A DNA stretch of 63,552 bases, filler included, from Folioceros fuciformis (taxonomy: Eukaryota), in the NCBI GenBank assembly GCA_049999805.1. It is 10 parts of 10 records of this genome, joined end to end, with 100 filler letters (N's around TTAATTAATTAA, not from the genome) between each part and the next. Parts side by side here need not be neighbours in the genome. Positions count along the whole stretch, not along the records: positions 1 to 9,091 come from JBNGIO010004434.1; positions 9,192 to 12,938 come from JBNGIO010004436.1; positions 13,039 to 18,223 come from JBNGIO010004437.1; 7 more parts are not named here. One strand, 5' to 3'. Position numbers and translations under genes: made by a program. This document shows positions 1 through 13,087 of the stretch, piece by piece; the stretch's first letter is position 1, and each line of letters begins with the position of its first letter. Under the pieces are notes generated by a model. It did not search any database. It saw only the letters and a program-made list of their open reading frames with translations, and was not told the DNA's origin.

Positions 1-251
1 GCATTGCCAGGTTTTGCAGTCTCCTTTGCACTGCCGGGTTTCGCATTGCTGGGTTTCGTAGTCCCCTTCGCATTGCCGGGTTTCGCAGTCCCCTTCGCAC
101 TGCCGGGTTTCGCAGTCCCCTTTGCATTGCCAGGTTTCGCAGTCCCTTCGCACTGCCAGGTTTCGCATTGCTGAGTTTCGCAGTCCCCTTCGCACTGCCA
201 GGTTTCGCATTGCTGAGTTTCGCAGTCCCCTTCGCACTGCCAGGTTTCGCA
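1..251. repeat. Tandem minisatellite built from GCA(C/T)TGC(C/T)(G/A)GGTTTC and GCAGTCCCCTTC sub-units
   Basis: Repeated 'gcactgccaggtttcgcattgctgagtttcgcagtccccttc' variants run into an N gap. ORFs 122..364 and 168..371 are translations of the repeat. Confidence 0.9.
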
Positions 252-997
252 NNNNNNNNNNNNNNNNNNNNNNNNNNNNNNNNNNNNNNNNNNNNNNNNN
301 NNNNNNNNNNNNNNNNNNNNNNNNNNNNNNNNNNNNNNNNNNNNNNNNNNNCAATAGGGTATGATCTTTGAGGTCTGAAGGAAGGCTCTGAACCGTGGAC
401 GCGGCCCTAACCTTAACTAACTAAAAAAAGGAATGAGTGTGAGTGAAGGAGACAGATTGGGACGTGAGGGATAAAACAAAGTAGGTGTCCCGATTGCGAG
501 ACCTACTCTGTGCCCTATGACCGAAGAGGGCACAAACGTTATGTCCAAACTATGTCCAAACTTATGTTGAATAGTATACTGCCGAAATTTTGTGTGAAAG
601 AACCCTGTCCGTATCAGTATTCCATACCATTTACCCAGATAAATAAGAATATATTTAAATCACATTATTTAACTCACCATTTGTTGCTCAAGTTAACTAC
701 AAGATTTCAAAACTGCATTCTACATATGAATTGATTTGCATGACAATTGTTTAAAACTTATTAAATAATATTATTTTATAATACTTNNNNNNNNNNNNNN
801 NNNNNNNNNNNNNNNNNNNNNNNNNNNNNNNNNNNNNNNNNNNNNNNNNNNNNNNNNNNNNNNNNNNNNNNNNNNNNNNNNNNNNNCTTCCCGACGGAGA
901 GGAAAGTTTCATACGGTTTGAGAAGAATTCATGCTGCGGTATTCTTCCCAAAGACCTGATGCGCATCCAGTTTCCCCGCACCTTGTGGGTGGGCGCT

Positions 998-1130
998 GCT
1001 CCGGCCTGCTCCACGGTTTTCAGGGGAATCTTGTACTGCTGGAACCATCAATTCCTTGCCCTGGCTCCTGCCTGCTCCACGGTTTTCAGGGGAATCTTGT
1101 ACTGCTGGAACCATCAATTCCTTGCCCTGG
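998..1130. repeat. 66-bp direct tandem duplication
   Basis: 'gcctgctccacggttttcaggggaatcttgtactgctggaaccatcaattccttgccctgg' occurs twice at a 66-nt period. Confidence 0.9.
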
Positions 1131-2067
1131 GTGCAGCGTTCCATCGGTCGCACAAGGATATTGCTGTCGCTTGCGGCCCGTGGGAACCCACGGTGAAGAG
1201 CTCCCATTCAGGCAAAAAATCCGCAGCTGCTCGATCGTGGGGATTAGAGCTCGGGATTGAAAATGAGGCATTGCAGGACGTTGAAGCTGAGCGTGATGGC
1301 TCCAAGCGTGCCAGCCGTTCCAGGTTTCTTCAGCTGCTCACTGCCCACCAGACCGGAGCAGTGTTTGCTATCTTGCGACGAGTAATTCCGGAAAGCTCAA
1401 GACGCAAGTCTGATGAGGCTCCCACGAGTCCCTCCGTTTTGCTTTACACGAGAAACACGTTCCTCACTTCAAGCTTCGCTCAAGTCAAGCCGTCCTACAC
1501 AAGAGGATAGAAGGGATCTTTGCGTGGTTGTTAGAAGGTTCAACAACGGTTTATAGTGCGATATTGTTACTCTGACACAGAGATCCTTGGTACTGAACAT
1601 GCGTTCAACGGCGAAACACGCTTTGGTTCCTTCACGAGCAGATATATAATCCCCCTCCAAAAAAGACATCCAAACAACGCAACTTCACAGTCTCACTCTC
1701 CGCAATCGCATTAGAGAAGCTGAAGTGGTTCTGAAGCCAGGTGAGCAATGTCTTTGCAAATGGCGAAGCCAGTGCTGGTTGTAGCTCTCTTGTCCATGGT
1801 GATGGCAAACATCGAGGCGCTTTTGTGGACTGAACCGGGGAATCACCACCACAAATTCCCCCCAGGTAGGTTCGAAATCGGGATCTCTATCGTCTAAACT
1901 AACTTTCATTTTTATATTTGGAACACATCGGTTAAGGAGGATGCTGTGCGGACTTGCCAAGTGGATGATAACAGATTTTGCAAATTCTAATAGACGTCAC
2001 GAGATCGAAGCACGTCGTTTGCTCCTGATTTGATCATGCATCCGCACGCTGCCTTCCCCCTGCGCAG

Positions 2068-2858
2068 CTACCCGCTGTGGTCACGGCTCTGTCTGCAACG
2101 ACCCCGTGATGAGGACCCAAACCGGGCAGCGATTCTACTTCCATGGCAGAAAAGATGCCGACTTCTGCCTGGTGTCCGACAGCGAGCTCCACATCAACGC
2201 ACACTTCATCGGGCTGGAGGGCTTAAAGGGGCGGCACGACTTCACCTGGGTGCAGTCTCTGGGCGTGCTCTTTGCGGGGAACCAGCTCTACATCGGGGCG
2301 CGCAAAGTGGCGAACTGGGATGCGGCTCAGGACCACCTCATCCTGGTGCTGAATTCGGACCCCGTAGTGCTGCCTGCGGGAGCCGGGGCTGTGTGGGATT
2401 CTCCGGTGCACGGCGTGACGGTGGCCCGCACCGAGGAGGCTAACGCGGTCACCGTGGACGTGGCCGGGTACGTGGTGCTCACGGTGTTCGTCACCCCCGT
2501 GAGCCAGGAGGATGACGCCGTGCACAGCTATGGCGTGCCATTCGGCGTCGATTGCATGGCTCACCTGGACGTGAGCTTCCAGTTCGCGCGTCTCTCAGGG
2601 CAGGCGCACGGCGTGCTTGGCCAGACCTATCAACCCGGCTTCCAGATGCCGCCCGTCTCCACCTCCGCCGGCATTCCCTCCATGGGCGATGACGAGGAGT
2701 ACATCACGTCCGGGGTGATGGCCCCCGACTGTGCTGTGTCCAAGTTCCACGTTGCCCCCGATGTTGCCACGCCCAGTCTGCTCGCCACCGAGCTCACGCA
2801 GCCTGTGACTTGTGCCTCTGCTGGTGCCACTGGGCTAGGCAGTCTGTGCCGCCGTTAA
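2068..2858 (+). CDS. Root cap / LEA-related protein (Root_cap domain), terminal exon
   Basis: After acceptor ccctgcgcAG (2066-67) the frame reads TRCGHGSVCNDP..FYFHGRKDADFCLVSDSELHINAHFIG..DFTWVQSLG..HSYGV..DCMAHLDVSFQF..VLGQTY, typical of plant root-cap proteins. Stop at 2858. The upstream exon was not identified. Confidence 0.85.
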
Positions 2859-3554
2859 GAACATCGCTTGTTTGCTTAGAGAATGGTGGAGGTGCATTTA
2901 CTTGATACTATCGTAAAAGTAGTATGATGTGATAATAGCAGACGTCCAATCCGTCGGTGCACGGACCCGAAGGTCTGATCTCATCGGGAGTTCAGTAATA
3001 ATTAGAAGGTAGAATTACCTCCTGGGCCATGGAAGCTCAAGGATAATCCAGTGCCTTAGCCCTCCATCTTCTTAATACTACTGTCTTATGGTTTTGGCCC
3101 CATCCTTCTGTTGAGCAAGTGTGGACGCATCCTCACTCATGAATTGTTCGTCAAAGCTACTTGCGGACCGTTCACCTGGATGGTGCTCTCATCCAACATA
3201 GCAGAATCTTCCCTAATGCTGCAGGTGATTGAATGACATGCACTCTAGACTACTGACTCTGGAATTCACCACGAATCAATCACTCGTACTCGGCATCACG
3301 CCCACTTGCTGGTTCGATTGGACTCGGAGCTCATGGGGTTGGGGTGGGGGAGTGTAGCGCGGAACAGGGGGAACAAATTCCTGCTTAGGTCGTTCGTTCT
3401 TCCTGGAATTCATTCCATAACCATAACAGCATGCTGATTATGCCATGACCTCGTGCGCACATTTTTATTACGTACAATCGCATCCTAATGTTCACTACAT
3501 CAAGACTTGCAAGGTGACAAGAACTCCCTATCTTGACGTTTGACGGGCGGTGCA

Positions 3555-6106
3555 TCACAGCAAGCCTCTTTTCGGTGTGCTGATTTGCATGCCTCCAAGT
3601 CGATCTATGAGCTTTTCCACAGTCAAAGGCTTGCTAACGAACTCATCGAACCCGCTTCTTGCGCACTTCACCATGTCTCCGTCTGCAAGGGGAAGGAAAA
3701 AAGGGTCACCGAGCTTGCCAAGGGTTACCAGAACCTGCTTTTGGTCAGTCAGACCATGTACCCACCTGATACATTTGCAGTTACAGCAAATATTACTAGG
3801 GGCTTCCTAGCAGGCTCTTGTTCAGCTTCCCATTCGCGAACTGCTTCCACCTGCAGCGTGAAATCCAACGCGTGAGCTTAATCCTGGAGAGGAGTGAACG
3901 CACCACATAACAGCGTGTAAATGTTGAGGGGGCAGGCACTCACCGTACGAGTTCCGTCCATCACTGGCATATTCAAGTCCATCAGCACGAGATCGAATTT
4001 TGCAGGCAGATCCTTGGCACCATAGAGACTGTCACATTCTCGTTCAGGACTATTCTGCAAGATGTCAAGGGCCTCCTTGCCGTTGCAGGCAAGGGTCACC
4101 TCACAACCCTGACTTTCGAGAATCCTTTGACCTATTTTCCTATTCACCATATCATCTTCGGCAAGTAGAACCTGCCATTTACCGCCACAGAGGTCAGCCA
4201 AGATAAACAGCAATCATGCCATGCTAAAAAGATGAGATCTGGAATTGCTCTCACAGTACCTTTTTCCCTAGCAAGCACTCCACCACGTCAGTTTTGGTGT
4301 TCCAGACTCCGGAGGTCCTTTGCTGTCGAGTAGATGCAGCCAAAATGCTAGGGCTGTTGTTTCTGGAGTGTAGCCAAGTTCATTGGTTGTTTAACAAGAC
4401 AAGCAGAAGCTTTTGCTCTAATAGGTAGGGGACGAATTTTTTGGACGTTACGGAGTTTGCATTATGACCTCAGTTGCTTCAGACTCAGAAAAAACTGATC
4501 AGGTGGAGGTCCAAACGCAAAGGGAAAGGTAGCACGAAGAGACAGACCCATTGCGCGAGGCTGGTCCAACTCCATCAGCAAACAAATCCTGTGGAAAATT
4601 CTGAGGAAGTGACGAAATAAGGCCACGCTGGAACACAACTACAGATACTCGCGAGTACGACCAACAGGTACTAAAAGTCAGAGCAGCTCCTTACCTTATC
4701 CTGGTAGGCTATATTGGATGAAGTGGCCTCCAGTGGTTTTGGCGTCTGCGATCTGTCTCCCGATGCAGTTGCACACGACACCCCACCCTGTGCAGCTGAT
4801 TTATCAGAAGAGCTCTGCTGACTCTCTGAGTCCACCAACTTGACAGGACCCACTTTTGTTCGAAAGGAGCTTGAGGTTGGAGCAAACCCAGGTTGACTAT
4901 TTGACGAAGTCTGGTCCTGCCATATGAGTAGCCGAGAATGAAAACGTTCAGTGTTTGTGCCCTCACTCCGTCACTTGCGCCGTGGTCAGCTAGCTGTTTC
5001 ACGAAATTCGATTATGCAGATGCAGGCAAACACCCTACAGAAGTGGTCCAAAACAAACACCTTCCAGAAATAGTTGTCTCCTTTACCTCCCAGGGTGTCA
5101 GATCATGCTCCACCCACGCATACCACCTACAGCAGAGAGTGGAGATATCGCATGAGAAAGAAACCTTAAAAATGGCTCCCCACAACCTTAGGTCTGGCCA
5201 CATCTCTGCGATCCATCTCGCAAACACATGAAACTTGCCTTGCACCAACGGCTCTACCCGCGGATTGAACTGGCGCATACTCTGAATCTTTCTTTCTTCG
5301 CCTATAAGCGACACAGGTTTTCGCCGGGCCGGGTTCTTGGAGCACCTGCACGTCCATGTTGGCGTGCATAAAACAAGGCTGTGGCTTGGAAGCCAGAGAC
5401 GAGCCGACTTAGAAGATTCCCAACTTATAAGCAGAGCAGATACCTGTCGGATGGTGGACGCATCATCCGGATGACAACTGGCCCATGCAGACGAGCCGAT
5501 AAGATCCGAAGGCAGCCATCCCAGCATTCGCTTGCAGCTTGGGGACACGTAACAGAGCTTCCACTGAACACACAACGTGACATTTTTGAGTGCTTTCCTC
5601 AAACCCCGAAGCCTGCAGCTTGCACAGTGCACTATCATCCGCCTGACCTGAGAGCGCTCAGCCACGAAGAGAGTCCAAGGAGCGGTTGCACTGAGAACCA
5701 ACATGTCTGCCACAAGTGAAATGTCCAAGCCCTCCACCGGGGGCGCTGGCAGGTCCGCAATCCATGGTCCGAAAGCCAGGCTTCTGCATCCATGGTAATA
5801 GGATTGAGGAATCTGATTATCTGCGGAAATTTGCCCAATCTTCGGACAAATTTGAAGCATCTTTGGACAGCCGTCCATTGCAATGAAGCCTGGGGTGAAG
5901 AACACTGACGGTTTGGCCTCGTTCGCTTGTCCGGGGCTGCTAAGCTGAGCGAAGAGCATGATGAGCTCCTCCAGAGCTCGGATCTCGGCCTGCAACATGA
6001 GCAAGGCTGCAGGATTGCCGTCCACTTGGAGCAGCTGCTGATCCAGCTCGTGGAAGAAGCGCCTGTACACTCGCAGCCTGTCGACCGCAGCGACTGGGGC
6101 CGCCAT
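3555..6106 (-). CDS. Multi-exon PAS + response-regulator receiver protein, no histidine kinase core evident
   Basis: PAS exons: [34 protein letters not shown] (5563-5444), [29 protein letters not shown], then [10 protein letters not shown] after a GC-AG intron (5238-5127). Receiver exons: [28 protein letters not shown] (4171-3944), [24 protein letters not shown]. Stop TGA at 3557-3555. The exon structure of the middle linker is tentative. Confidence 0.8.
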
Positions 6107-6515
6107 TGCTCAATGTATGATTCTCGTGCTCTCGCCCCCGCCTCGCCCCACGCATTTGAGGAACACCTGGGCGGAGCTGCCGATTGGCAATAACGCAGTA
6201 ACCGTTGGTAGTTGGATCGCCAGGCCCTGTCCTTTCACCTTGAAGCGAAGCGACCTGCTGAAAGTGAATTGAACTTTATTTTTTTCTCCCACGAAGTACC
6301 TGGGCATACATTTTTCTGTCCAGCTCCGACACTAGCGTTATTTCTAACGACCTGTACAGGCATGATTGCCCAGGTGTGAACACACGCCATGCTACAGCCC
6401 TGTCTGTTAGTTAGGAGGCTTCAACAATGGCACCCTTGCGGGTGGGTGACTGATCTACAAGAATGTTAATTCAGTACCGACATGGTCAAGTCATGCTACA
6501 CACCCCACAACACAA

Positions 6516-9091
6516 TCAGGACAGACCACACAGCCGAGGTCTGCTGCAGAAATCCTTCCCATTCGCCCTCACGAACGCAATCACACCAGCTGTCAACCCA
6601 GCCCATACGACACTGTAGAGGAAATGAGTAGCATCCTCGCCCACTGCACAGCATTCCAAGAAATGAGCATGCCTCCTCAGACCGGATGATAGTACAAATG
6701 TTACAGACGTATGGTCTGTAACATTTGGGAACGTGAACAACTACTTCGAAACCATCCTCACCTTGCCTCAGTGAGTAAGTTGTCAGAGTAGCGCCTGCAA
6801 CAACCAACGCCGAATATACAGGCAGATACTGCGAAGGGATACACAACATAAAGACAGATTAGACCATGTTTGAAGCGAGTAGAATCATATTGCCTTCAAG
6901 CGTCTTGTAAAATGACGTTTTTTCTCACAGTGCGGGTCAATTTCCAAAGTATTCAGGCATGTGACGGAAGGCTTGCAAGCAACAAAACCTTCAAAGAAAG
7001 CAGCGCGGAGCAAGATGCTTACTGCTATAGCCTCAAATCCATTCAGCTCAAATGGAGATTTTGCGTTCCGGTCCACAGAAAAATGTCCAGCAACAAGGTC
7101 CATCGCATCCTGCTCGTGAGGCATGTCATGCACACATTGCACCGATAAGCATGATAGCATTCAAGCATGACTGATCGCACTCCTCTATGCTAACTGCGTG
7201 AAGCTACTTCAGTTTCCTTAATGCACGAATTTGTAACATCCTAAATGCAGAGACTCGGTCATACCAAACAGATTCAAGGGTGAATATACCTGTCTGGCAC
7301 CATCCTTAAAGTTGTTCAAGTAATACCTAGCAAGGGCATTGACACCATCCTGGACAAGCCCAAAAAAAGTCCGTCTTCCGTACCTGACAGAAGTGACCAC
7401 ATAAATACTACGTTGCGCAGACTTTTTGCATGGCAGGAAAAAATTTCACTCACTCTCGATCTGAACCAGAGCTCCGGAAGATCGAAATCATAAAACTCTC
7501 TGCCAATGCCCCAGCAGTCTCTCCAAATTACCTGACAAAGTCACCTTTCAGGGCTGGAGTGCCAGAATACTGTATGCTGATTTCATCGCCATGATTTGCC
7601 CACACTGACCCACAAACACCGGTTAGGTTAATGACAGATGCTCACAACTTGTGATCCACCACCTAATATATCCTCAACAGGTCAAGAAATTTTGGCAGCA
7701 GAAAGGATATCATTTACGGAGTCTCACATATTTTGTATTTCTCATTGAATACAAAGTGTTCAGCAATAGTTTCGTAGGGCTCAAAAATTCCTCGCACTTG
7801 AAGCTGAGCTTCAAGGACCTTCCGTCCCAGTAAACTCTGTGATGACACAAGACACAGATTTGTTACCAACGGAGGAAGCGATCCACAACACACATACCTG
7901 TGGAGGCAACCCAGAGAATGCAGGCATAGTCACAGTACATCAGGAACAAATATAGACCTGCGCTGCCCTACCTGTGTTACATTTGTCCGATCCAAACAGT
8001 CTATGCAATTGGTCCGCACAATTCCTCTCTGATCTTGAGCCTTCTCACCTCCAACGGTCAAATAATAGCTGCAACCCATCCATGGTGACTAAGACCAGCT
8101 GCATGACAAAGAAACCTTGCAGTCATGCAGAACTGTCGCCGCAACATCTTTCTTGAACTCACCTTTGCTGACCCACTTGATCTGAAATTAGATCGTACAA
8201 TACTGACAGGAGCTCAAAGTGCATATGGCCACACACAGCATGGAAGTCAAAGGGCACGTATCTGGAGTCACTCAAGAGATTATTAGAACCATAGCCTTCA
8301 GAATTGCAAATCCTTCGAAGCCAAGGGAAAAAATCTGAGATTCACCTGACATTTCGATCTTCTAGATTCTGCATGGCTGCAGCATAAGCTACTCCCAGCA
8401 CGGCCTCACTTCCATGCTGCCAGGGACAGCCAGAAGATTTTCTTAACTTACAACGTTCAGCTAGGTTAAGAACCCGGAGGCTTCAACAAAGTCAATCGAC
8501 GGATGTACCTGATTTATAAGGTCCAGAGCCAATACAGATCCGTATCTCATTGTCAGATCTCGAAAATGGCGTTCCACAATTTTTGGCTGGTCCACACAGT
8601 AGGTTTTTGAGCCAAGACTCGCACTCGAGCTCCACAAGAGAGTGCTAGACATGGCAGAGGATATTTCACCAAGAAGGTCTGTGGGATGTACCGTTTCCTC
8701 CTCTTCAACAGGTCTGATGGAAGGCTTGTATCTCAAATCTACTATCTGCTCCCACAATATTGGAATCGATCCTCGAACCTGCAAGGAAGGAATCCCACAA
8801 TCATCTAGGTGAGTGGGAACATCCACCGCATATTCTGCAGCAGTTCACAAGAACGTTACCTGCACGTATGAAGCAAGAAACCCATCTCCCACTACAACTT
8901 GTTCGCTTTCTACGAAGTTAGCTACAAACCCTTCCCTGTCTGCTCCTCTCCTCCACATTCGAGTGCCTAAATACGCAACTTGATGTCAGCCAAATTGCTG
9001 GCAACATCAGGTGAGTTAAAACTCAGAAGACAGCTGCAGAAGGCCAAATTTCACCTATTCGCCTGATGGATCTTCTTGATATCAACACAAC
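6516..9091 (-). CDS. SAC-domain phosphoinositide phosphatase (SAC1/SAC6-8 type), 5' part missing
   Basis: Exons give ISRRSIRRIGTRMWRRGAD..ANFVESEQ, VRGSIPILWEQ, FDFHAVC, the catalytic RTNCIDCLDRTNVTQ (~7975-8020), and two C-terminal hydrophobic segments ending FCSRPRLCGLS*. Confidence 0.92.
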
Positions 9092-9191
9092 NNNNNNNNN
9101 NNNNNNNNNNNNNNNNNNNNNNNNNNNNNNNNNNNTTAATTAATTAANNNNNNNNNNNNNNNNNNNNNNNNNNNNNNNNNNNNNNNNNNNN
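9092..9191. other. Artificial scaffold-joining spacer
   Basis: N44-TTAATTAATTAA-N44, a six-frame stop linker. The same spacer recurs at 12939-13038, 18224-18323, 23493-23592, 34266-34365, 40866-40965, 45310-45409, 56929-57028 and 60379-60478. Confidence 0.97.
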
Positions 9192-9488
9192 GTACTCGAC
9201 TGTTCCATGAAATCATTGAATTGAATGTACTAGGATTTTGCATCCTTAGCTTAGTGAAGGCTCTAATGCAGCATAAAGGTTTATTCAACAAATTGCAATG
9301 TGCCATTAAAATGGCCCTAACAAAAGGGTATGATGTGGGGCACATTGAAAGTGACTATGAATACATTTTTTACTTTCGAATCTATGTCAACATGTTTATA
9401 TCATATTACGTGTATAAATAGATATTAAACATTTCTTTTTATATGTTTTGGATCTACGACAGTTTGTATATATTGTACAGTGTGTAAT

Positions 9489-9953
9489 ATGATAATATCC
9501 AATCCACCACGAAAAATGTTGTTCATAATATTGTTAGCAATATTTTTTTGTTTTCTCAAAGGCGGAGACTCAAACCAAAATTTTACTTCCATCTTTCATG
9601 AATGTGGACCTCTCTTGTCACCGAGAGATCCATTGGCATATTTTATCATTGATGTTATCGAGAAATTTGTCGAATATGGTGCGCAAAGATTTGTACAGAC
9701 TAATGGACATCCGTATTTTCAATTATATATTGATGACGTAGGGCACAAGTTGTGGGGTGCATTAACATGCTACAAAACACTTCAGAGTATCGATGAATGT
9801 CTAGAATGTCTTCAAAAAATTAGTGACGATATTGTATTCTTTATATGTGGGGGTGTAACAAGAAGAGCATCAAACTTGGCTGCTGATTGTTTCGTGCGCT
9901 ACACATCAGATGCACCCAATTTTTGCATAAACGTCCCCGAAGGACCCTCGTAA
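9489..9953 (+). CDS. Small secreted single-domain Gnk2/DUF26 (stress-antifungal-like) protein
   Basis: Intronless. Hydrophobic signal MLFIILLAIFFCFLKGG (ATG 9516, alternative ATG 9489), then LWGALTC-x9-C-x2-C and C..DCFVRY, the DUF26 cysteine pattern. Confidence 0.72.
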   Translation: MIISNPPRKMLFIILLAIFFCFLKGGDSNQNFTSIFHECGPLLSPRDPLAYFIIDVIEKFVEYGAQRFVQTNGHPYFQLYIDDVGHKLWGALTCYKTLQSIDECLECLQKISDDIVFFICGGVTRRASNLAADCFVRYTSDAPNFCINVPEGPS

Positions 9954-10632
9954 GCAACATGGGTAATCATGTTTTATGGTTGCAGAAAAAAACGACAACA
10001 AATATTTACCAAGATTTAATTACATATATGTGCATGTGTACGTGTATGTATATATGTATANNNNNNNNNNNNNNNNNNNNNNNNNNNNNNNNNNNNNNNN
10101 NNNNNNNNNNNNNNNNNNNNNNNNNNNNNNNNNNNNNNNNNNNNNNNNNNNNNNNNNNNNTATATATGTGTCTACACGTAGATACATATTCTTTTCATTT
10201 TTCAATAATCAGAATTTTAAAAAGTTCAATTTCTTGCAATAAGTGACCATAGCCTCTTATTAGATGTTTAGGCTCGAAGACTTGGTTCAATTTGTTGATA
10301 TCCTTGTTTTTTCGATTAATCTTTATGGTAGCATGTACAAACAATTTCATTGATATCAAATGTATAAGACAAAATCCAATCCCATGAGGATCACATTCTT
10401 ATTTTTATTGGACATTATTCTTATTGAATTATGGTAACTTCATCTTCATCATCTCATTTATGGACTTGAGAAGTAAGTAGTGCAAGGAAAATAGCTTCAT
10501 CCAAAATGAGAATGTTGATATGAAGTTCATTGNNNNNNNNNNNNNNNNNNNNNNNNNNNNNNNNNNNNNNNNNNNNNNNNNNNNNNNNNNNNNNNNNNNN
10601 NNNNNNNNNNNNNNNNNNNNNNNNNNNNNNNN

Positions 10633-12905
10633 CAATAATGTTGTCTTTCACTAGTAAATCAAAGCCACCAACCTATTCACAACACTCTAGAATCATCAAT
10701 TTCGGACACATACCTTAACATTTTGGTGATAACTTGATTCGCGTTCTATGTTGAATTGTAAGAAAATATTAATTTGATATAAATCTGGTATAAATTAAAG
10801 TCAACAAAAGAACCTGAGGCATTGTTGTTGTTTGGGGAAGGCGTTTTTCCATGTCAACAAGAGTAAGTAAATCATCAAGCATACCAAATTTTAGTTCATA
10901 ATCTTGAGGAGTATCCGCAGCTAAACTCGGAGAAGCATTAACCTGTGTTCAATTTAAAAGAGTGAATACCCAAACGAGCAGCAAATTAAGATGTACAGTG
11001 AATGTTCACAAGTGCTGTTCAAATTCAATCAAAACCTCTAGGAGCCAAGGTTTCATTGTTTGATCCACTAAAATATCATAACCATATAGCTCAAAACAAT
11101 GTTTGTCCTGAATGATGACATGTTGCACGGCGAGTAATGAACGAATAATTAGCATACTAATGTCATGAAAGAGTTGATTGACAACATCATCCCCATGCTT
11201 AGAGATCATGTGTAACTTCAAGCTATGAAGGGGCCTATATGAGATACCACCACAACGTTAGGCTTGCTTCTCAAAAGTTGTTCATGTGGATTACTTACTA
11301 AGACAAAGACAAAGACAAAGGTTGATAAGATTTCAGGCCAATATAATTACCATTTCGTGCCATTTATAGAGTCATAAGATGGATCTGTTTTTTGTATGGA
11401 AAAGTTGGTAAGATGAACATAATTGTTTACCATGTCTTCCCTTTTCATGCTGAAGTGAGCACTTGTGAATCTAGCAAACCCAGCACGATACAAGTACACC
11501 TATAAACATTTAACAAGAAATTAATATAAACAAAACAGAGTGACAAATCTAGGGTTTGTACTTTCAGCCAAAAGCTCATGCTTGAGAATACCTTCAAAGG
11601 TGAATATGAAAGCACCAAAACATAGATTCGAATGTCAAACTTTTTACCACCCACAAGGTATGGATTGTTAATATATCTTTGCACTATGTAATTTTCTACC
11701 TGTAGACAATAGGCAAGGTATATTAGTTCAAGCTGTGCAAACAAAACAACTGTGTGGTAGGAAAGATTTGAAGCATAGTCACCTAGATTACCTGAGGATT
11801 TTCCAACTTCCATTTGTGATCTTTCTTCCATTCACTTATCTGAGCTAGTTTATGAAATAAGAAAATTCCTCTTCCTCTGGCTTTGCCCACAGGTTTCATT
11901 ATCCACACGCCCTGGAAACGTGAAGGTTGTTTCCAATAAGGAAGCACTAGGAGAGCACAAGTAAATATTTGAAGTTAATTATGGGTGCAGTGGATATGCA
12001 AGTGCAAACCCTAGAAAAGTGAGGAGCCTTCTTTTTCAGCAAGGAGGCATCCTGAGCATACAACTCATTCATGAATTTCATCTCATGCAAAATTCATGTT
12101 GTCGTGCAAAAGGAGTACAAGAAGAAGGTGTGTTTGAGTTTGACAAAGAGAGGATTTCATGAGGTGATGTATATAACGTACCCCTGTCCTCTTGAACTCT
12201 TCAACGAACAATCCATATTCAGCAGGAAGTGCAAAAGTGTGCGGGAAGAAATCATATCTGCAAAAGTTGTAAGCAAAGAGTGTCTCATCACCAAAGATCT
12301 TGTAGTTTGCACTTACTTCCACATCCAGAATGACAAAAGTACACCCAACTTAACTTACTTCGAAGCTTCCAATGTTTGCCCATCTTTCTTTAGAGCTTTT
12401 TTCATTCGTTTTAAATTTTTAATCAGTAAATCTTTCCTGGTGATCTAGCCAATCCATAGTATCACTCATTTAGCAATACTGTATGGAGTAAAATTAAAAT
12501 GTTGACAAACTTTACCGCTACAAGATTACCTCATAGTGATTGCGAAAGTGATTAATTCTCTGCAACAACGAAGAAGCTCATACATGATCAAAACATTCCA
12601 GAAAACGATGCTAAATCTATCCTATATGCACTGTTGCTTTTAAGTACAACCTGACCTGATGATCAGCAAGGTGAATATGATCAAAAGTATCATACATCCA
12701 TGTAACGTCTGACCAGAAGAAATCCCAATCTAAGTCACTATTCATGTTAAGCACCAAAAGTATTAGAATCTTGTATTGCATTCCTTCCATCTACCATAAG
12801 CTTGCCCAAAATATGAATGCAACAAAGTTCCTTCTCCAACATAGCATTTTGGGTGATACCTTTCAGTCTCCACCCATTTTCGAGCTTTCAATACTTTGTA
12901 GATCA
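10633..12905 (-). CDS. TTLL9: Tubulin polyglutamylase, TTLL9-like (both ends incomplete)
   Basis: Exons: [138 protein letters not shown]. Confidence 0.88.
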
Positions 12906-13087
12906 CTGTTTTCCAAAAACAACGATACTTGATACTACNNNNNNNNNNNNNNNNNNNNNNNNNNNNNNNNNNNNNNNNNNNNTTAATTAATTAANNNNNN
13001 NNNNNNNNNNNNNNNNNNNNNNNNNNNNNNNNNNNNNNTGTAGAAAGCTGGAGAACAAAAGGGGGGACCGCAGAACGTCCATCGTAC

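Noticed and set aside
9136-9147. TTAATTAATTAA palindrome as a biological element
   Set aside because: It is always centred in exactly 44+44 Ns, so it is an artificial linker. Gene neighbourhoods across it are meaningless.
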